This document shows, piece after piece, positions 9,921 to 18,916 of a DNA stretch of 64,000 nucleotides. The notes under the pieces were generated by a model. That model did not search any database and had not been told where the DNA came from. It saw only the letters and a list, made by a program, of their open reading frames with translations. Position numbers and translations under genes: made by a program. Location: contig WJKK01000001.1 in the NCBI GenBank assembly GCA_014729135.1, positions 593 through 64,592 of the forward strand, written 5' to 3'. Positions within the stretch are counted from its first letter, which is position 1. Every line of letters starts with the position of its first letter. The stretch comes from a candidate division WWE3 bacterium (GTDB lineage: Bacteria; Patescibacteriota; WWE3; UBA101185; UBA10185).

Positions 9921-9986
9921 AGGCACTCTCCTGTAAGAAAAAATTTGAACCGTACTCGGTGAGCTTTTTTCGTCAGGAGAGTGCCT
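9921..9986. repeat. REP-like palindromic element, copy 1
   Basis: 13-bp outer stem AGGCACTCTCCTG/CAGGAGAGTGCCT enclosing the conserved core TAAGAAAAAATTTGA...GAGCTTTTTTCGT. Copy 2 is at 13611-13676 and copy 3 at 54673-54740. Confidence 0.7.
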
Positions 9987-10062
9987 TTGAAAAAAAAGAT
10001 CTTGACCCCAAAGCAAGCCCGAGGGAATACTTTCGTCAGGATGACAGCGAAGGAATATCTCT

Positions 10063-11343
10063 TTAACCCTCTAAAAGCGTACGAATCCGTTCAATCTTCC
10101 CCATAACACGCTCAGCAACAACACCATTGTTATACATCCCCAACAAATGTTCAAAAACCGTCAACCCCTTCTTAACCATCCCAGGATCATACAAAACCTC
10201 GCCCGTCGGCAAACTCTCCTTTGAAGCCCACCAAAACTGATCGCTATTTAAACACTTCTGCATCAACACTTCCCGCGCAATCTTCCCCCGCAAAACAGGA
10301 TTGTCAATTCGCTTTAAACCTTCCGGATCCCACACAGGCAAAACAGCATACTCATCCATTTCTGAAAAGGCGTTATCTGTCGTATAAAGTGCTGACAATT
10401 CATTAACAATCTCCCATTGCAACTGATGAATCTCATTAGTGGGCGCATCCCACATTGGAAAAGGCACGCCTGAAGCCATATCCTCATCAGTAGCACCCCA
10501 ACTGGAGGTCTGCAAGCGCCGAATTGAAACGGTAGAAACACCTTCAATATGATCCGAAACCGTTACAATATCAATACCCTTCTTACGCACATAACTAATA
10601 ATCCTATTCAACAGCAAAAAACCTTGATCAAAATGGTGCCCAAAAAACTCCCCATCTAAAACTATGACAAACGATTCCTCTCTTGACTGATATTCATCAA
10701 TCAGTTGAGTAATTTCACCCATATCTAAATCACGTTTAAACGAGAGCACATTACTAAAAGCACGATTTCGAGCAATCATTTTAACGCCATAGTCCTTATA
10801 CCGATAAACTCCATGCTTCCCATACTTAACACGACTACCTCCAACAATATCCTCCTCCGGAATTGCCGTCTCATCCACAATCATCCATTTGTAACCCAAA
10901 TCATCCAGAGTTGCTAAAACATCCTCATTAACCGCTAGCTCAGGAGGAAAAAAGCCCACAATATTTTGCACCATAATTGCCGGGTCTCCCTCCAGATTTT
11001 GATGATCACCAAGGTAATAACCCAAGCCATACTCATTTAAAATAACCTCTTGTTGCACGAGTTTTTCAGATAACTTAGCCAAAATAGGATGATAAGCAGC
11101 GCTTCCAACTAACTCCACCTTCCCTACCCGCACCATGTCGCGAACATCGGAAATCCAGTCGCTATAGCCATAACGATCCATTTGTTCTAAAAGACTAAGA
11201 GGAATATCCAGGGAGACTTTGAAATTTTTGGTTCTACCAACCCGACGGATTAGAGGCTCATAAGATTCCTTGTACACACGGCGAAAAACCTCTTCCGATT
11301 GCGTCACAGGCTGATATAAGTGGAGCAGTATGGCTATTTCCAT
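10063..11343 (-). CDS. GH57-family enzyme, copy 2 (divergent paralog)
   Basis: 'MEIAILLHLYQP' aligns to the N-terminus of copy 1. 'DGEFFGHH' GH57 motif. Start placed at the ATG at 11343. The track ORF begins at a GTG at 11376. Confidence 0.75.
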   Translation of the reverse strand: MEIAILLHLYQPVTQSEEVFRRVYKESYEPLIRRVGRTKNFKVSLDIPLSLLEQMDRYGYSDWISDVRDMVRVGKVELVGSAAYHPILAKLSEKLVQQEVILNEYGLGYYLGDHQNLEGDPAIMVQNIVGFFPPELAVNEDVLATLDDLGYKWMIVDETAIPEEDIVGGSRVKYGKHGVYRYKDYGVKMIARNRAFSNVLSFKRDLDMGEITQLIDEYQSREESFVIVLDGEFFGHHFDQGFLLLNRIISYVRKKGIDIVTVSDHIEGVSTVSIRRLQTSSWGATDEDMASGVPFPMWDAPTNEIHQLQWEIVNELSALYTTDNAFSEMDEYAVLPVWDPEGLKRIDNPVLRGKIAREVLMQKCLNSDQFWWASKESLPTGEVLYDPGMVKKGLTVFEHLLGMYNNGVVAERVMGKIERIRTLLEG

Positions 11344-11497
11344 GAAGGAATTATAGAGGAGATATTGCAGTTTCACAACACACGAATAGGGGTATTAAGG
11401 AGGCCTTTTTGAAGGATGGCAGGCTTTTATTTATTCTGCTAATTGTTTAAGGAGTGTCTTGTTGAGGTGTTTTAGAAGGTATTTAAAGCACAAAAAA

Positions 11498-11580
11498 AGT
11501 TATACAGCCAAATCCGGGGAGGTAAAGCAGAGTCTCCTGCCCAAAGACTAAGCCACCTTCCCGGATTTCACCGTATAACT
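11498..11580. other. Long imperfect stem-loop (about 25-bp stem) in the GH57-2 upstream region
   Basis: AGTTATACAGCCAAATCCGGGGAGG ... CCTTCCCGGATTTCACCGTATAACT with an internal AGTCT...AGACT. Confidence 0.35.
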
Positions 11581-11722
11581 CTATGTTGTTAGTATAGCAA
11601 AATGTTATAGGCCTGTCAACCCGGGGGTGATTCGACCTAGAGTGGATCAAAGAGCTGCCCTGAACACAACTCCTTTTAACCTTTTCAGCTCATTGGAGGG
11701 ATTCTCCCACAAGAAAAAATTC

Positions 11723-11870
11723 TGCAGCGTAAAAGTTTACAAGACTTTTACGACTCATCGATAATCCGTCAACGACGGATTTCGATGTGGCTAACAAGTT
11801 GCCAAGCAACTTGTTAAATATTGTTTTTATCGAAAACACAATTGAAAATCTAAACGAAAGTGAGCGAAGC
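11723..11870 (-). promoter_or_regulatory. Roughly 150-bp three-hairpin element (copy B) between glgA copy 2 and GH57 copy 2
   Basis: Same three stems as copy A, with substitutions confined mostly to the loops: CGTAAAAGT/ACTTTTACG at 11728-11752, the second hairpin at 11757-11786, and AACAAGTTGC-caa-GCAACTTGTT at 11794-11815. Confidence 0.6.
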
Positions 11871-11908
11871 CTTTTTCGGTGGGAGAATCCCTCCAGAGAA
11901 TACAAAAG

Positions 11909-13453
11909 TTAAAAAACCAAATCCTCTACCTTGTGCACGTGAGGATTATCCTTATGTTTAAAAGAAATAGCCCGCTCATAAAGCTTCTCATACTCCTTTG
12001 CGGAATACTCCCAGCTAAAGTCAGCCTTCATAGCATTCTTCTGCAGAGCCTGCCAAACCTCTTTATTCTTGTACAACTCATAAGCACGGGCAATTTGGCC
12101 AAACAAAGAATACTGATCAAAATTCGTAAACACAAAACCTGTCCCCTGCTGCTTTAACGTATCAAAATTCCTGACAGTATCTGCCAAACCTCCCACCTTC
12201 CTTACAACAGGAATAGCTCCATATCGCATGGACTCAATCTGCACAATTCCACAAGGTTCAAATCGGGAAGGGTACAAAATACAATCGGAACCTGCAAAAA
12301 CCATTCGAGGCAAAGTGAAATTAGGCAAAGGATGAATCCCCACCTGATCAGGAAAATCACGCTTTAAGGCTTTCAACATCTCCGTTAAACCCCGGTCCCC
12401 TCCCCCAACCTGCACAAACTGCACGTTATAATCAGGAAAAACATGGCGCAAAGTGTTAACAATTAAATCCACACCTTTCTGATAATCCAAACGACCAACA
12501 AAACCAAACAACAAAGCGTCCTCATCTACCGGCAAATCAAACTCGCGCTGTAAACAAGCCTTATTCTTGATACGATCATCCAGATGGTCAATGTCAAAAG
12601 GATGCTCCACCAAATTGTCCTTCATGGGATCAAACTCGTCGTAATCAAGCCCATTAACGATTCCAAAAAGCTTTCCGCGAACCTCCATTAAGAGCTTGTC
12701 CAAGCCCTCGCCATACTCCGGTGTTAAAATTTCGCGGGCATACGTTTTAGAGACAGTGTTTACAACGTCATTAAACAAGATTCCACGGCGCATAAAGTTA
12801 AGATTGTTTAACCGCGGAGAGAAAAAGGGCGAAACAGCGGATTTGCCGTCGTCGTAGTCTAGTTCGGAGACATTTTTATGATCGAAATTGCCTTGATAAC
12901 GCAGGTTGTGAATTGTGAAAGCTGTTGCAATGTCTTTTAATATAGGGTCTTTTCGATAGGAGGTTCTAAGATAGTTGGCCAAAATGCCGGTGTGCCAGTC
13001 GTTTGTGTGAATAATGTCGGGCACGAACTCCTCCGTTCGAATGAATTCTATGGCTCCCCTTGATAACAGGGCGAACCTAGTAGGATCGTCAACATAGCTG
13101 TAAACATTGGCTCGCTTTTCGTAGTATTCTTTGTTTTCTAAAAAGTAGGTGATGACGTCGTGGTCGTTTTTTGTGTATTTGACGTTGCAGATTAGGTCTT
13201 TGTTGGTTTCGTCGTCTGTAGGAACTTTTAGACCTTCATGGAGCATTTTTGTCTCGTATTCGTCTTCATCAATAAAGCCGTATTTTGGCATGAATAAGCG
13301 AACGTCGTGTCCTAGGGCTTTTAATTCGCGGGATAAGTATGCGAGGACTGCGGAGAAACCTCCAACAGTTGCATAGGGAGCGACTTCTGCCCCGACGATT
13401 AGGATTTTAAATGGCGGGGTTTTTTCTGCAATGTTGCTCTTTTTTGCGGACAT
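11909..13453 (-). CDS. glgA: Glycogen synthase-like glycosyltransferase (GT5), copy 2
   Basis: 'KILIVGAEVAPYATVGGFSAVLAYLSRELKALGHDVRLFMPKYG' has GlgA N-terminal architecture. Confidence 0.8.
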   Translation of the reverse strand: MSAKKSNIAEKTPPFKILIVGAEVAPYATVGGFSAVLAYLSRELKALGHDVRLFMPKYGFIDEDEYETKMLHEGLKVPTDDETNKDLICNVKYTKNDHDVITYFLENKEYYEKRANVYSYVDDPTRFALLSRGAIEFIRTEEFVPDIIHTNDWHTGILANYLRTSYRKDPILKDIATAFTIHNLRYQGNFDHKNVSELDYDDGKSAVSPFFSPRLNNLNFMRRGILFNDVVNTVSKTYAREILTPEYGEGLDKLLMEVRGKLFGIVNGLDYDEFDPMKDNLVEHPFDIDHLDDRIKNKACLQREFDLPVDEDALLFGFVGRLDYQKGVDLIVNTLRHVFPDYNVQFVQVGGGDRGLTEMLKALKRDFPDQVGIHPLPNFTLPRMVFAGSDCILYPSRFEPCGIVQIESMRYGAIPVVRKVGGLADTVRNFDTLKQQGTGFVFTNFDQYSLFGQIARAYELYKNKEVWQALQKNAMKADFSWEYSAKEYEKLYERAISFKHKDNPHVHKVEDLVF

Positions 13454-13610
13454 GTGAAGGGATTATAGCATATTGGTGTTTTGGTGGATGATTTCCCAGG
13501 TTTCCGCAAATCTGGAGTAGCAAAGGCGAAAGCAGAAAGCTACCTCCCGACGAAAAATTCTGTTCTTGCCCTTTCTCATCCGCGCCCTCACCTAAAGAGT
13601 TCTAGACCAA

Positions 13611-13676
13611 GGCAATCTCCTGTAAGAAAAAATTTGAGCCGTACTCGGTGAGCTTTTTTCGTCAGGAGAGTGCCTT
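13611..13676. repeat. REP-like palindromic element, copy 2
   Basis: Near-identical to copy 1 (AGGCAaTCTCCTG ... CAGGAGAGTGCCT). Located just downstream of the 13690 CDS stop. Confidence 0.7.
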
Positions 13677-13689
13677 GGAAACTAAATCG

Positions 13690-14598
13690 TTAGACTATTT
13701 CCTCAAGCTCATCAGCAAGACCCATCATCGCAAAATCCTGATTTAGCTGTGAGTCTGCAACTACGAAAAGACCATGCTTCTCCTGTTTGTCAGCAAAAAC
13801 TTCGGAGTCGTCGGTTAGCAAAAGACAAAGTTGGGCATTCTTTTCCGTGGTTTCCTCCAACTGAAGCATCTTGATGAAAAGATCTTCGGAGTCAGCCGGG
13901 ACATAGGTGTGCAAAACGGAAAACGGCTTTTTCAGGGGCTTCTCCAGGGATAAACCGGCATAAAGTGTGAAAGCATAATCAACTCCGGCCTTTCGCCCTA
14001 CTTTGTCAATGTTTTGCGCAACTTCTTTTAAACCGCCTAGCATGCTTTTATAGTATTTTATTGAAGTTTCTGAGGAGGCTTCTTCGCTGTCGTTAGAGGT
14101 TAAAGCGCTCAGTGTTTCTTTTTCCACGCCTTCATCCTCTTGTACGGAAACTGCCTGTTTTTCGGCTTTTTTGGAAGGGGCTGCCGGAGCTTTGAATTCT
14201 TCTGCAGCTGCTTTAAATTTGGAGAGCCAGTCGATTTCCTCTTCTTCTGAGGCTTCTTCTTCTGCTATTTCTTCTGTTTCCGCAGGAGTTTCTCCCTCCT
14301 CTTCAACATCTTCGGATTCCTCCACTTCCTCTTTTTGAGAAGGTGCTTTTGGTTGCTTCTTAGATGTTGTGGACTTTCTTCTCGAAGAATCTTGACTTGA
14401 CTCCCCTATGGAGTCCTCGTCACCATCAGGATATAAAAAGTTAAGAATGTCCTGCTTTGTAAAACGAAGTCTTCCTGTGGCAGTTTTTATCTCAGCCTCA
14501 AGCTTCCCTTGTTCCAAATAACGATATACGGAGCGTAGGCTAACGCCTAGCACGTCAGCTACTTCTGTTGAAGTATATAATTTTTCTTCTAAGTTCAT
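13690..14598 (-). CDS. HTH (excisionase/MerR-like) DNA-binding protein with an acidic linker and a C-terminal domain of unknown function
   Basis: N-terminus 'YTSTEVADVLGVSLRSVYRYLEQGKL' is an HTH_17-like helix-turn-helix. A long E/D-rich low-complexity stretch follows. Confidence 0.6.
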   Translation of the reverse strand: MNLEEKLYTSTEVADVLGVSLRSVYRYLEQGKLEAEIKTATGRLRFTKQDILNFLYPDGDEDSIGESSQDSSRRKSTTSKKQPKAPSQKEEVEESEDVEEEGETPAETEEIAEEEASEEEEIDWLSKFKAAAEEFKAPAAPSKKAEKQAVSVQEDEGVEKETLSALTSNDSEEASSETSIKYYKSMLGGLKEVAQNIDKVGRKAGVDYAFTLYAGLSLEKPLKKPFSVLHTYVPADSEDLFIKMLQLEETTEKNAQLCLLLTDDSEVFADKQEKHGLFVVADSQLNQDFAMMGLADELEEIV

Positions 14599-14713
14599 GA
14601 CTTCATATTATATAGTGCGATCACATATGTCAATGGTTTCCTTGCTCTTCGCAAACACCGAATATGATACTTGATAACTGAGTCATTTTTAACTGTAGAA
14701 AAAGGAAAAAGTG

Positions 14714-15619
14714 CTATCTAGAAAGAGTGTCATACTTGGAAGTGAGGAGAACTTCGAGTGGAAAGATGAGAAATGACGTGACAATTCTTCTAATGCGCCA
14801 AGGTTGTGTGACTAGTCTATAAAGCCACTCTAAATGAACTGCTTGTATCCACTTGGGTGCCCATGATTTTTCTTTCGAAATGTAGTCAAATGTTCCCCCC
14901 GCACCAACTGCTAAACGAGCGGGAATCTTATTAGCATTCCTTTGTATCCATTTTTCTTGCTTTGCATGTCCATAACATACTATTAGTATGTCAACTGACC
15001 CAACACCTGAATCCTCCATAGCCTCTTGAATATAAGTCACTGTTTCCTCATCATCCTCTTGGCGGTAGCTAAACTTAGAAGTAGCCCCCACCAAATTTAG
15101 ATCCGGATACATTTGCTTTAATTCCTCCCCTGCTTTGCTTGCAAGATCATACCCCGGATCCTTAATAGGGCGCCCCAGATAATCCGTTGGCCAACCCCCC
15201 AAAAGAAACACAGAATAATTTTCACGCTCAGCTAAAGCACACAAATCATAAACCAACTGCACTCCCGGGACACGCCCACCCAAAGGCTTCTTGAAATTCC
15301 CTTTTAGAAGACCATTAAGATAGTAGTTTGCATACAAAACACCAACACCGTCAGGGACTGACAAAAAAGACGTATTGATAATTTTGCGAAACTCCGAATC
15401 CTTTTGAGCTGTCATAATAAATTCGGGATTAGTGGTGCTTACCAAAGCGGTCTCTTTAAAAGGTTCCTCCTCTAGATAACGCTCTATGCGATTTAAAACC
15501 TCAGAAGAAGATAAGAAGTCAACACGAACACCAAGAATAGAATTTGACTCCGGTTGTAACGGATAGCTCGGTTGCCTCTTTTGAGATGTTTTTTCTTTAA
15601 TACCTTTATTAGATTTCAT
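14714..15619 (-). CDS. WecB/TagA/CpsF-family glycosyltransferase (GT26)
   Basis: 'ILGVRVD...TTNPEF...DGVGV...VDILIVCYGHAKQEKWI...LAVGAGGTFDYISKEKSWAPKWIQAVHLEWLYRL' matches WecG/TagA architecture. Confidence 0.75.
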   Translation of the reverse strand: MKSNKGIKEKTSQKRQPSYPLQPESNSILGVRVDFLSSSEVLNRIERYLEEEPFKETALVSTTNPEFIMTAQKDSEFRKIINTSFLSVPDGVGVLYANYYLNGLLKGNFKKPLGGRVPGVQLVYDLCALAERENYSVFLLGGWPTDYLGRPIKDPGYDLASKAGEELKQMYPDLNLVGATSKFSYRQEDDEETVTYIQEAMEDSGVGSVDILIVCYGHAKQEKWIQRNANKIPARLAVGAGGTFDYISKEKSWAPKWIQAVHLEWLYRLVTQPWRIRRIVTSFLIFPLEVLLTSKYDTLSR

Positions 15620-15758
15620 AATTACCTAATTATCCAATTGCCAAGGCACTCTCCTAGTCACTTATAACTTTCCAAATTACCCCTAAAACACACCGCCTAA
15701 AAACCGCAAGCCATGCGATACAACTGTCACAAAAAAGCGCTGTGACAAAACTAAACAA

Positions 15759-16763
15759 TTAGCGACCTATCATACTTTTACTAAACATTTCCAAATGATC
15801 TAGCACTTCTCCCAGTCCTTTGACAACACATAAAATGGGCTCATCAGCAACATGAACAGGCACTCCTATGTAACCGGAAATGTATTTGTCAATGTTTTTC
15901 AGTTGCGAAGTCCCCCCACTTAAAACAATCCCTTTATCTAAAATGTCCGAAGACAACTCAGGGGGAGTAGATTCTAGCACATCCTTAACCGCCATAGCTA
16001 TGCGCTCCAAATCCCTTTCCATACAGGCATTAATCTCGGCGGAAGAAACCTCCACAATTCGAGGGAAACCTGTCACAGAATCGCGCCCTTTGACTTCAAT
16101 AACATCAACAGAACGTGCTCCTATAGCACTTCCCAGATTAATCTTAACTCCTTCGGCAGTTTCAGAACCAATAACTAAACCGTGCTCTCTACGCAAATGC
16201 TGAACAATTGCATCATCAAAGTCGTTACCACCTACACGAGTACTTCCATGAACAACAATGCCATACAATGAAACAACAGCGATTTCAGTAGTGCCTCCGC
16301 CAATGTTTACAATGATGTTTCCGGAGGGCTGCGAAACAGGAAGACCTGCACCAATTGCAGCAGCTAAGGGTTCGGGCACCAAATAAGCTTTCTTAGCTCC
16401 GGCTGAATATGCAGCCTCCAAGACAGCACGCGACTCCACAGAGGTGGCCCCGGCGGGAATAGAAATTACAACATCCGGCTTAATAAAACGGGATTTGCCA
16501 ATAGCACCTCGAATAAGATACTTAATTAAAATCTCAGTAACACGATAATCCGCTATTACACCACTTCGCAAAGGCCTCAAGGCTACAATGTCCTCAGGAG
16601 TTCGCCCCAGCATCTTTTTTGCCTCACTGCCTACAGCCAAAATACTGTCCCCCTCCTCTGAAACCGCTACAACAGTAGGCTCCATTAAGCTAATACCTTT
16701 ATTCTTAACATAAACAATAGAGTTAGCAGTTCCCAAGTCAATGGCTAATTTTTTAGTTAACAT
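15759..16763 (-). CDS. mreB: Rod-shape-determining protein MreB
   Basis: 'KLAIDLGTANSIVYV...', 'NIGGGTTEIAVVSLYGIV' and 'LSGGTSQLKNIDKYISGYIGVPVHVADEP' match the actin-like MreB. Start placed at the ATG at 16763. The track ORF begins at a TTG at 16781. Confidence 0.85.
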   Translation of the reverse strand: MLTKKLAIDLGTANSIVYVKNKGISLMEPTVVAVSEEGDSILAVGSEAKKMLGRTPEDIVALRPLRSGVIADYRVTEILIKYLIRGAIGKSRFIKPDVVISIPAGATSVESRAVLEAAYSAGAKKAYLVPEPLAAAIGAGLPVSQPSGNIIVNIGGGTTEIAVVSLYGIVVHGSTRVGGNDFDDAIVQHLRREHGLVIGSETAEGVKINLGSAIGARSVDVIEVKGRDSVTGFPRIVEVSSAEINACMERDLERIAMAVKDVLESTPPELSSDILDKGIVLSGGTSQLKNIDKYISGYIGVPVHVADEPILCVVKGLGEVLDHLEMFSKSMIGR

Positions 16764-16799
16764 ACAAAAATTATATAACAATGATAAAATACATGAGCT

Positions 16800-17987
16800 A
16801 TGGAAAAAAACTACTTATTAAGAACACTTATAACAGCATTTATAATATTATCTGTCAGTACTTTACTCTATTTATATACTGCGGGCTACAGACTCCAAAA
16901 AGAGGAGGAAGATCCTGTGGATATCCGCGTTACAGGAATGATTAGCGCTAAATCAATTCCTGAAAGTGCCAGCGTTTACCTTGACGAGGAACTTGTAACT
17001 GCCACAAACGACTCTATTCCCGGAATTCCTCCCGGAAAATACACGCTAAAAATCACAAAAAATGGCTTCACCCCTTGGGAAAAAGAAATTGAGGTCTTTC
17101 CGGAACTTGTTACAGACATCACAGCGGTGTTAGTTTCAGAAACTCCAAGAATAGAGCCTTTAACAAACACCGGAGCCAGAAGCCCACGAATGTCCCCTTC
17201 CCTAAGCGCCCTTGCCTACTTTTCTAAAGACCCCGAAAAACCGGGCGTCTGGGTTATGCCCTTAACTTACAACCGATTAGACTTTTTCAGCTCGGCGCCT
17301 AAGGTGGTTTTAGAGGACACCGCTTATGTAAATTTCTCTGAGGGCCTAGACATTCAATGGTCGCCTAAAGAGGATCAGTTGCTTGTTCAACAGGCGGAAA
17401 ATAGCTTTTACCTGGTGGATTTGGTATCAGATACTGCTAAAAGTGTGACAAATTATGAGGAAATCCAAGAGGAGTGGGCTGCAAAAATTGTGGAAATGCG
17501 CAAGAAACATTTAGAGAAGGCTCTGGAATCTAAAGAATTTGAGATGAACGAGAACTTACAAGAGTCTGCGCTAAAGCCGGAAACTTCTTGGGCACCGGAT
17601 GACAAAAAGTTCCTTTATGTAACAAAAGGTACTCCTGAAAATGGAACAAATGGCCTTTTGGAATATCGAGTGTTTAACATGGAAGATCCCTTGCCTGTTG
17701 GAGAGAAAAGGGATAACTTGGTTTTTACTACTAATCCGGCAGATCCGCAGCCAAAACTAACTTGGTACTCGGACAATTTTCACTTAATTATGCTGGAAAA
17801 GGCCCCGGAGGAAAACAGTGGAGTGGTTTCGCTGATTCGAATTGATGGAACCAATAAGAGGGAGCTTTATAATAATGTGATCTTTTCGGATCGTGTTTTT
17901 AGCTCTCCCGGTGGGGATAAGGTGGTTTTGCTGACTTCTTTTAGAACGGAAGGCGAAACGAATTTGTACACAGTGAGTGTGAGATAG
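16800..17987 (+). CDS. Membrane-anchored PEGA-domain protein
   Basis: N-terminal transmembrane helix, then 'IRVTGMISAKSIPESASVYLDEELVTATNDSIPGIPPGKYTLKITKNGFTPWEKEIEV' (PEGA-like fold) and a beta-rich C-terminal region. Confidence 0.6.
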   Translation: MEKNYLLRTLITAFIILSVSTLLYLYTAGYRLQKEEEDPVDIRVTGMISAKSIPESASVYLDEELVTATNDSIPGIPPGKYTLKITKNGFTPWEKEIEVFPELVTDITAVLVSETPRIEPLTNTGARSPRMSPSLSALAYFSKDPEKPGVWVMPLTYNRLDFFSSAPKVVLEDTAYVNFSEGLDIQWSPKEDQLLVQQAENSFYLVDLVSDTAKSVTNYEEIQEEWAAKIVEMRKKHLEKALESKEFEMNENLQESALKPETSWAPDDKKFLYVTKGTPENGTNGLLEYRVFNMEDPLPVGEKRDNLVFTTNPADPQPKLTWYSDNFHLIMLEKAPEENSGVVSLIRIDGTNKRELYNNVIFSDRVFSSPGGDKVVLLTSFRTEGETNLYTVSVR

Positions 17988-18012
17988 GGGGTCCTTTCCT
18001 CAAACACTCTAC

Positions 18013-18765
18013 CTAGCGCACTTCTACCAACTTTGCTGTCACAACAAGCCTATTCAGCGTCGTTCCGGGAGGATCACAAGTTTGCAACGTCAGCAAAGGC
18101 TCCAAAACAGGCCGCGTAATAGGATATGTATCAAAGCCCTTATATTTTTCATTATTTATCACCTTATAAACATAATTGTCACCTTCATAAAACACATGAA
18201 TAGTATCCCCCACTCTCAAATGGCGAAGTAAATTAAAAACTGTCGCATATTTTCCTAGTTTCCAAAAATTAAGCGAGGCATGGGCAAAAATGTAGACGTT
18301 ACCGGGCTCCCTGGAAGGATAATCAGAAACCAGAGCATGTGCCACTCCTTTGGAAAGGGCTTCATTATAAGCTTCCTGATTAGTAACCGAAACGTCCTTT
18401 ACTACCGGGACATTTACACCGATACGCTCAATCACCAGACCGAAGTTTTTATCGACAGGTTCCAAGGCAATGGGTTTTGTGGAGATGAGGCGCGCAAACG
18501 GACTGTCAGACACTGTAGCAGAAGGGTCTGCAACTGAAGAGTCTTTGGAAGCTAAAGTGAACCGCTGATTTTTTAACTCTTTCCAATAAAAGAGTGCTTC
18601 TTGACCAACAAAGGGAGCAACTGAAATTAGGATAAAAATTATACCCAATATTAAAAGTGTGTTTGAAATTTTTGCAAGAATTTTTTCTTTCCTCGACTCA
18701 CCGGATATGAGGGGGCGCGACTTAATTCGCTGAGGTTTCCCCTTTTTCATTATGCGGGCAGACAT
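18013..18765 (-). CDS. Sortase-family transpeptidase (copy 1)
   Basis: N-terminal transmembrane helix and a C-terminal 'LTLQTCDP' TLxTC active-site motif. Start at the ATG at 18765. The track ORF begins at a TTG at 18771. Confidence 0.75.
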   Translation of the reverse strand: MSARIMKKGKPQRIKSRPLISGESRKEKILAKISNTLLILGIIFILISVAPFVGQEALFYWKELKNQRFTLASKDSSVADPSATVSDSPFARLISTKPIALEPVDKNFGLVIERIGVNVPVVKDVSVTNQEAYNEALSKGVAHALVSDYPSREPGNVYIFAHASLNFWKLGKYATVFNLLRHLRVGDTIHVFYEGDNYVYKVINNEKYKGFDTYPITRPVLEPLLTLQTCDPPGTTLNRLVVTAKLVEVR

Positions 18766-18784
18766 GTGCAAAGTATAACACGAA

Positions 18785-18848
18785 GGGACAGTCCTCTCCG
18801 AGGACAGTCCTTCGAGGGGACAGTCCTCTTAAAGGACTGTCCCCTTTT
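18785..18848. promoter_or_regulatory. Cluster of GGAC(A/T)GTCC palindromes, including a perfect 12-bp-stem hairpin plus TTTT, about 20 nt upstream of sortase copy 1
   Basis: GGGACAGTCCTC (18785), GAGGACAGTCC (18800), and GGGGACAGTCCT-cttaa-AGGACTGTCCCC (18816-18844) followed by TTTT. The same motif lies upstream of sortase copy 2 at 57095-57120. Confidence 0.55.
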
Positions 18849-18916
18849 GAAGTGCTCTGGGTTGAGTTACGAAGCCGGCTAAAAGGGCATCCAAAGTGCT
18901 TTGTTAAGCAAAATGG

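Noticed and set aside
11377-11700. Possible tmRNA, RNase P or SRP RNA in structured intergenic regions
   Set aside because: No tRNA-like 3' end (GGUUCGAxUCC..CCA), no RNase P P4 consensus and no SRP domain-IV GGAA/AGCA motif were found by eye, so these are reported only as unidentified structured elements
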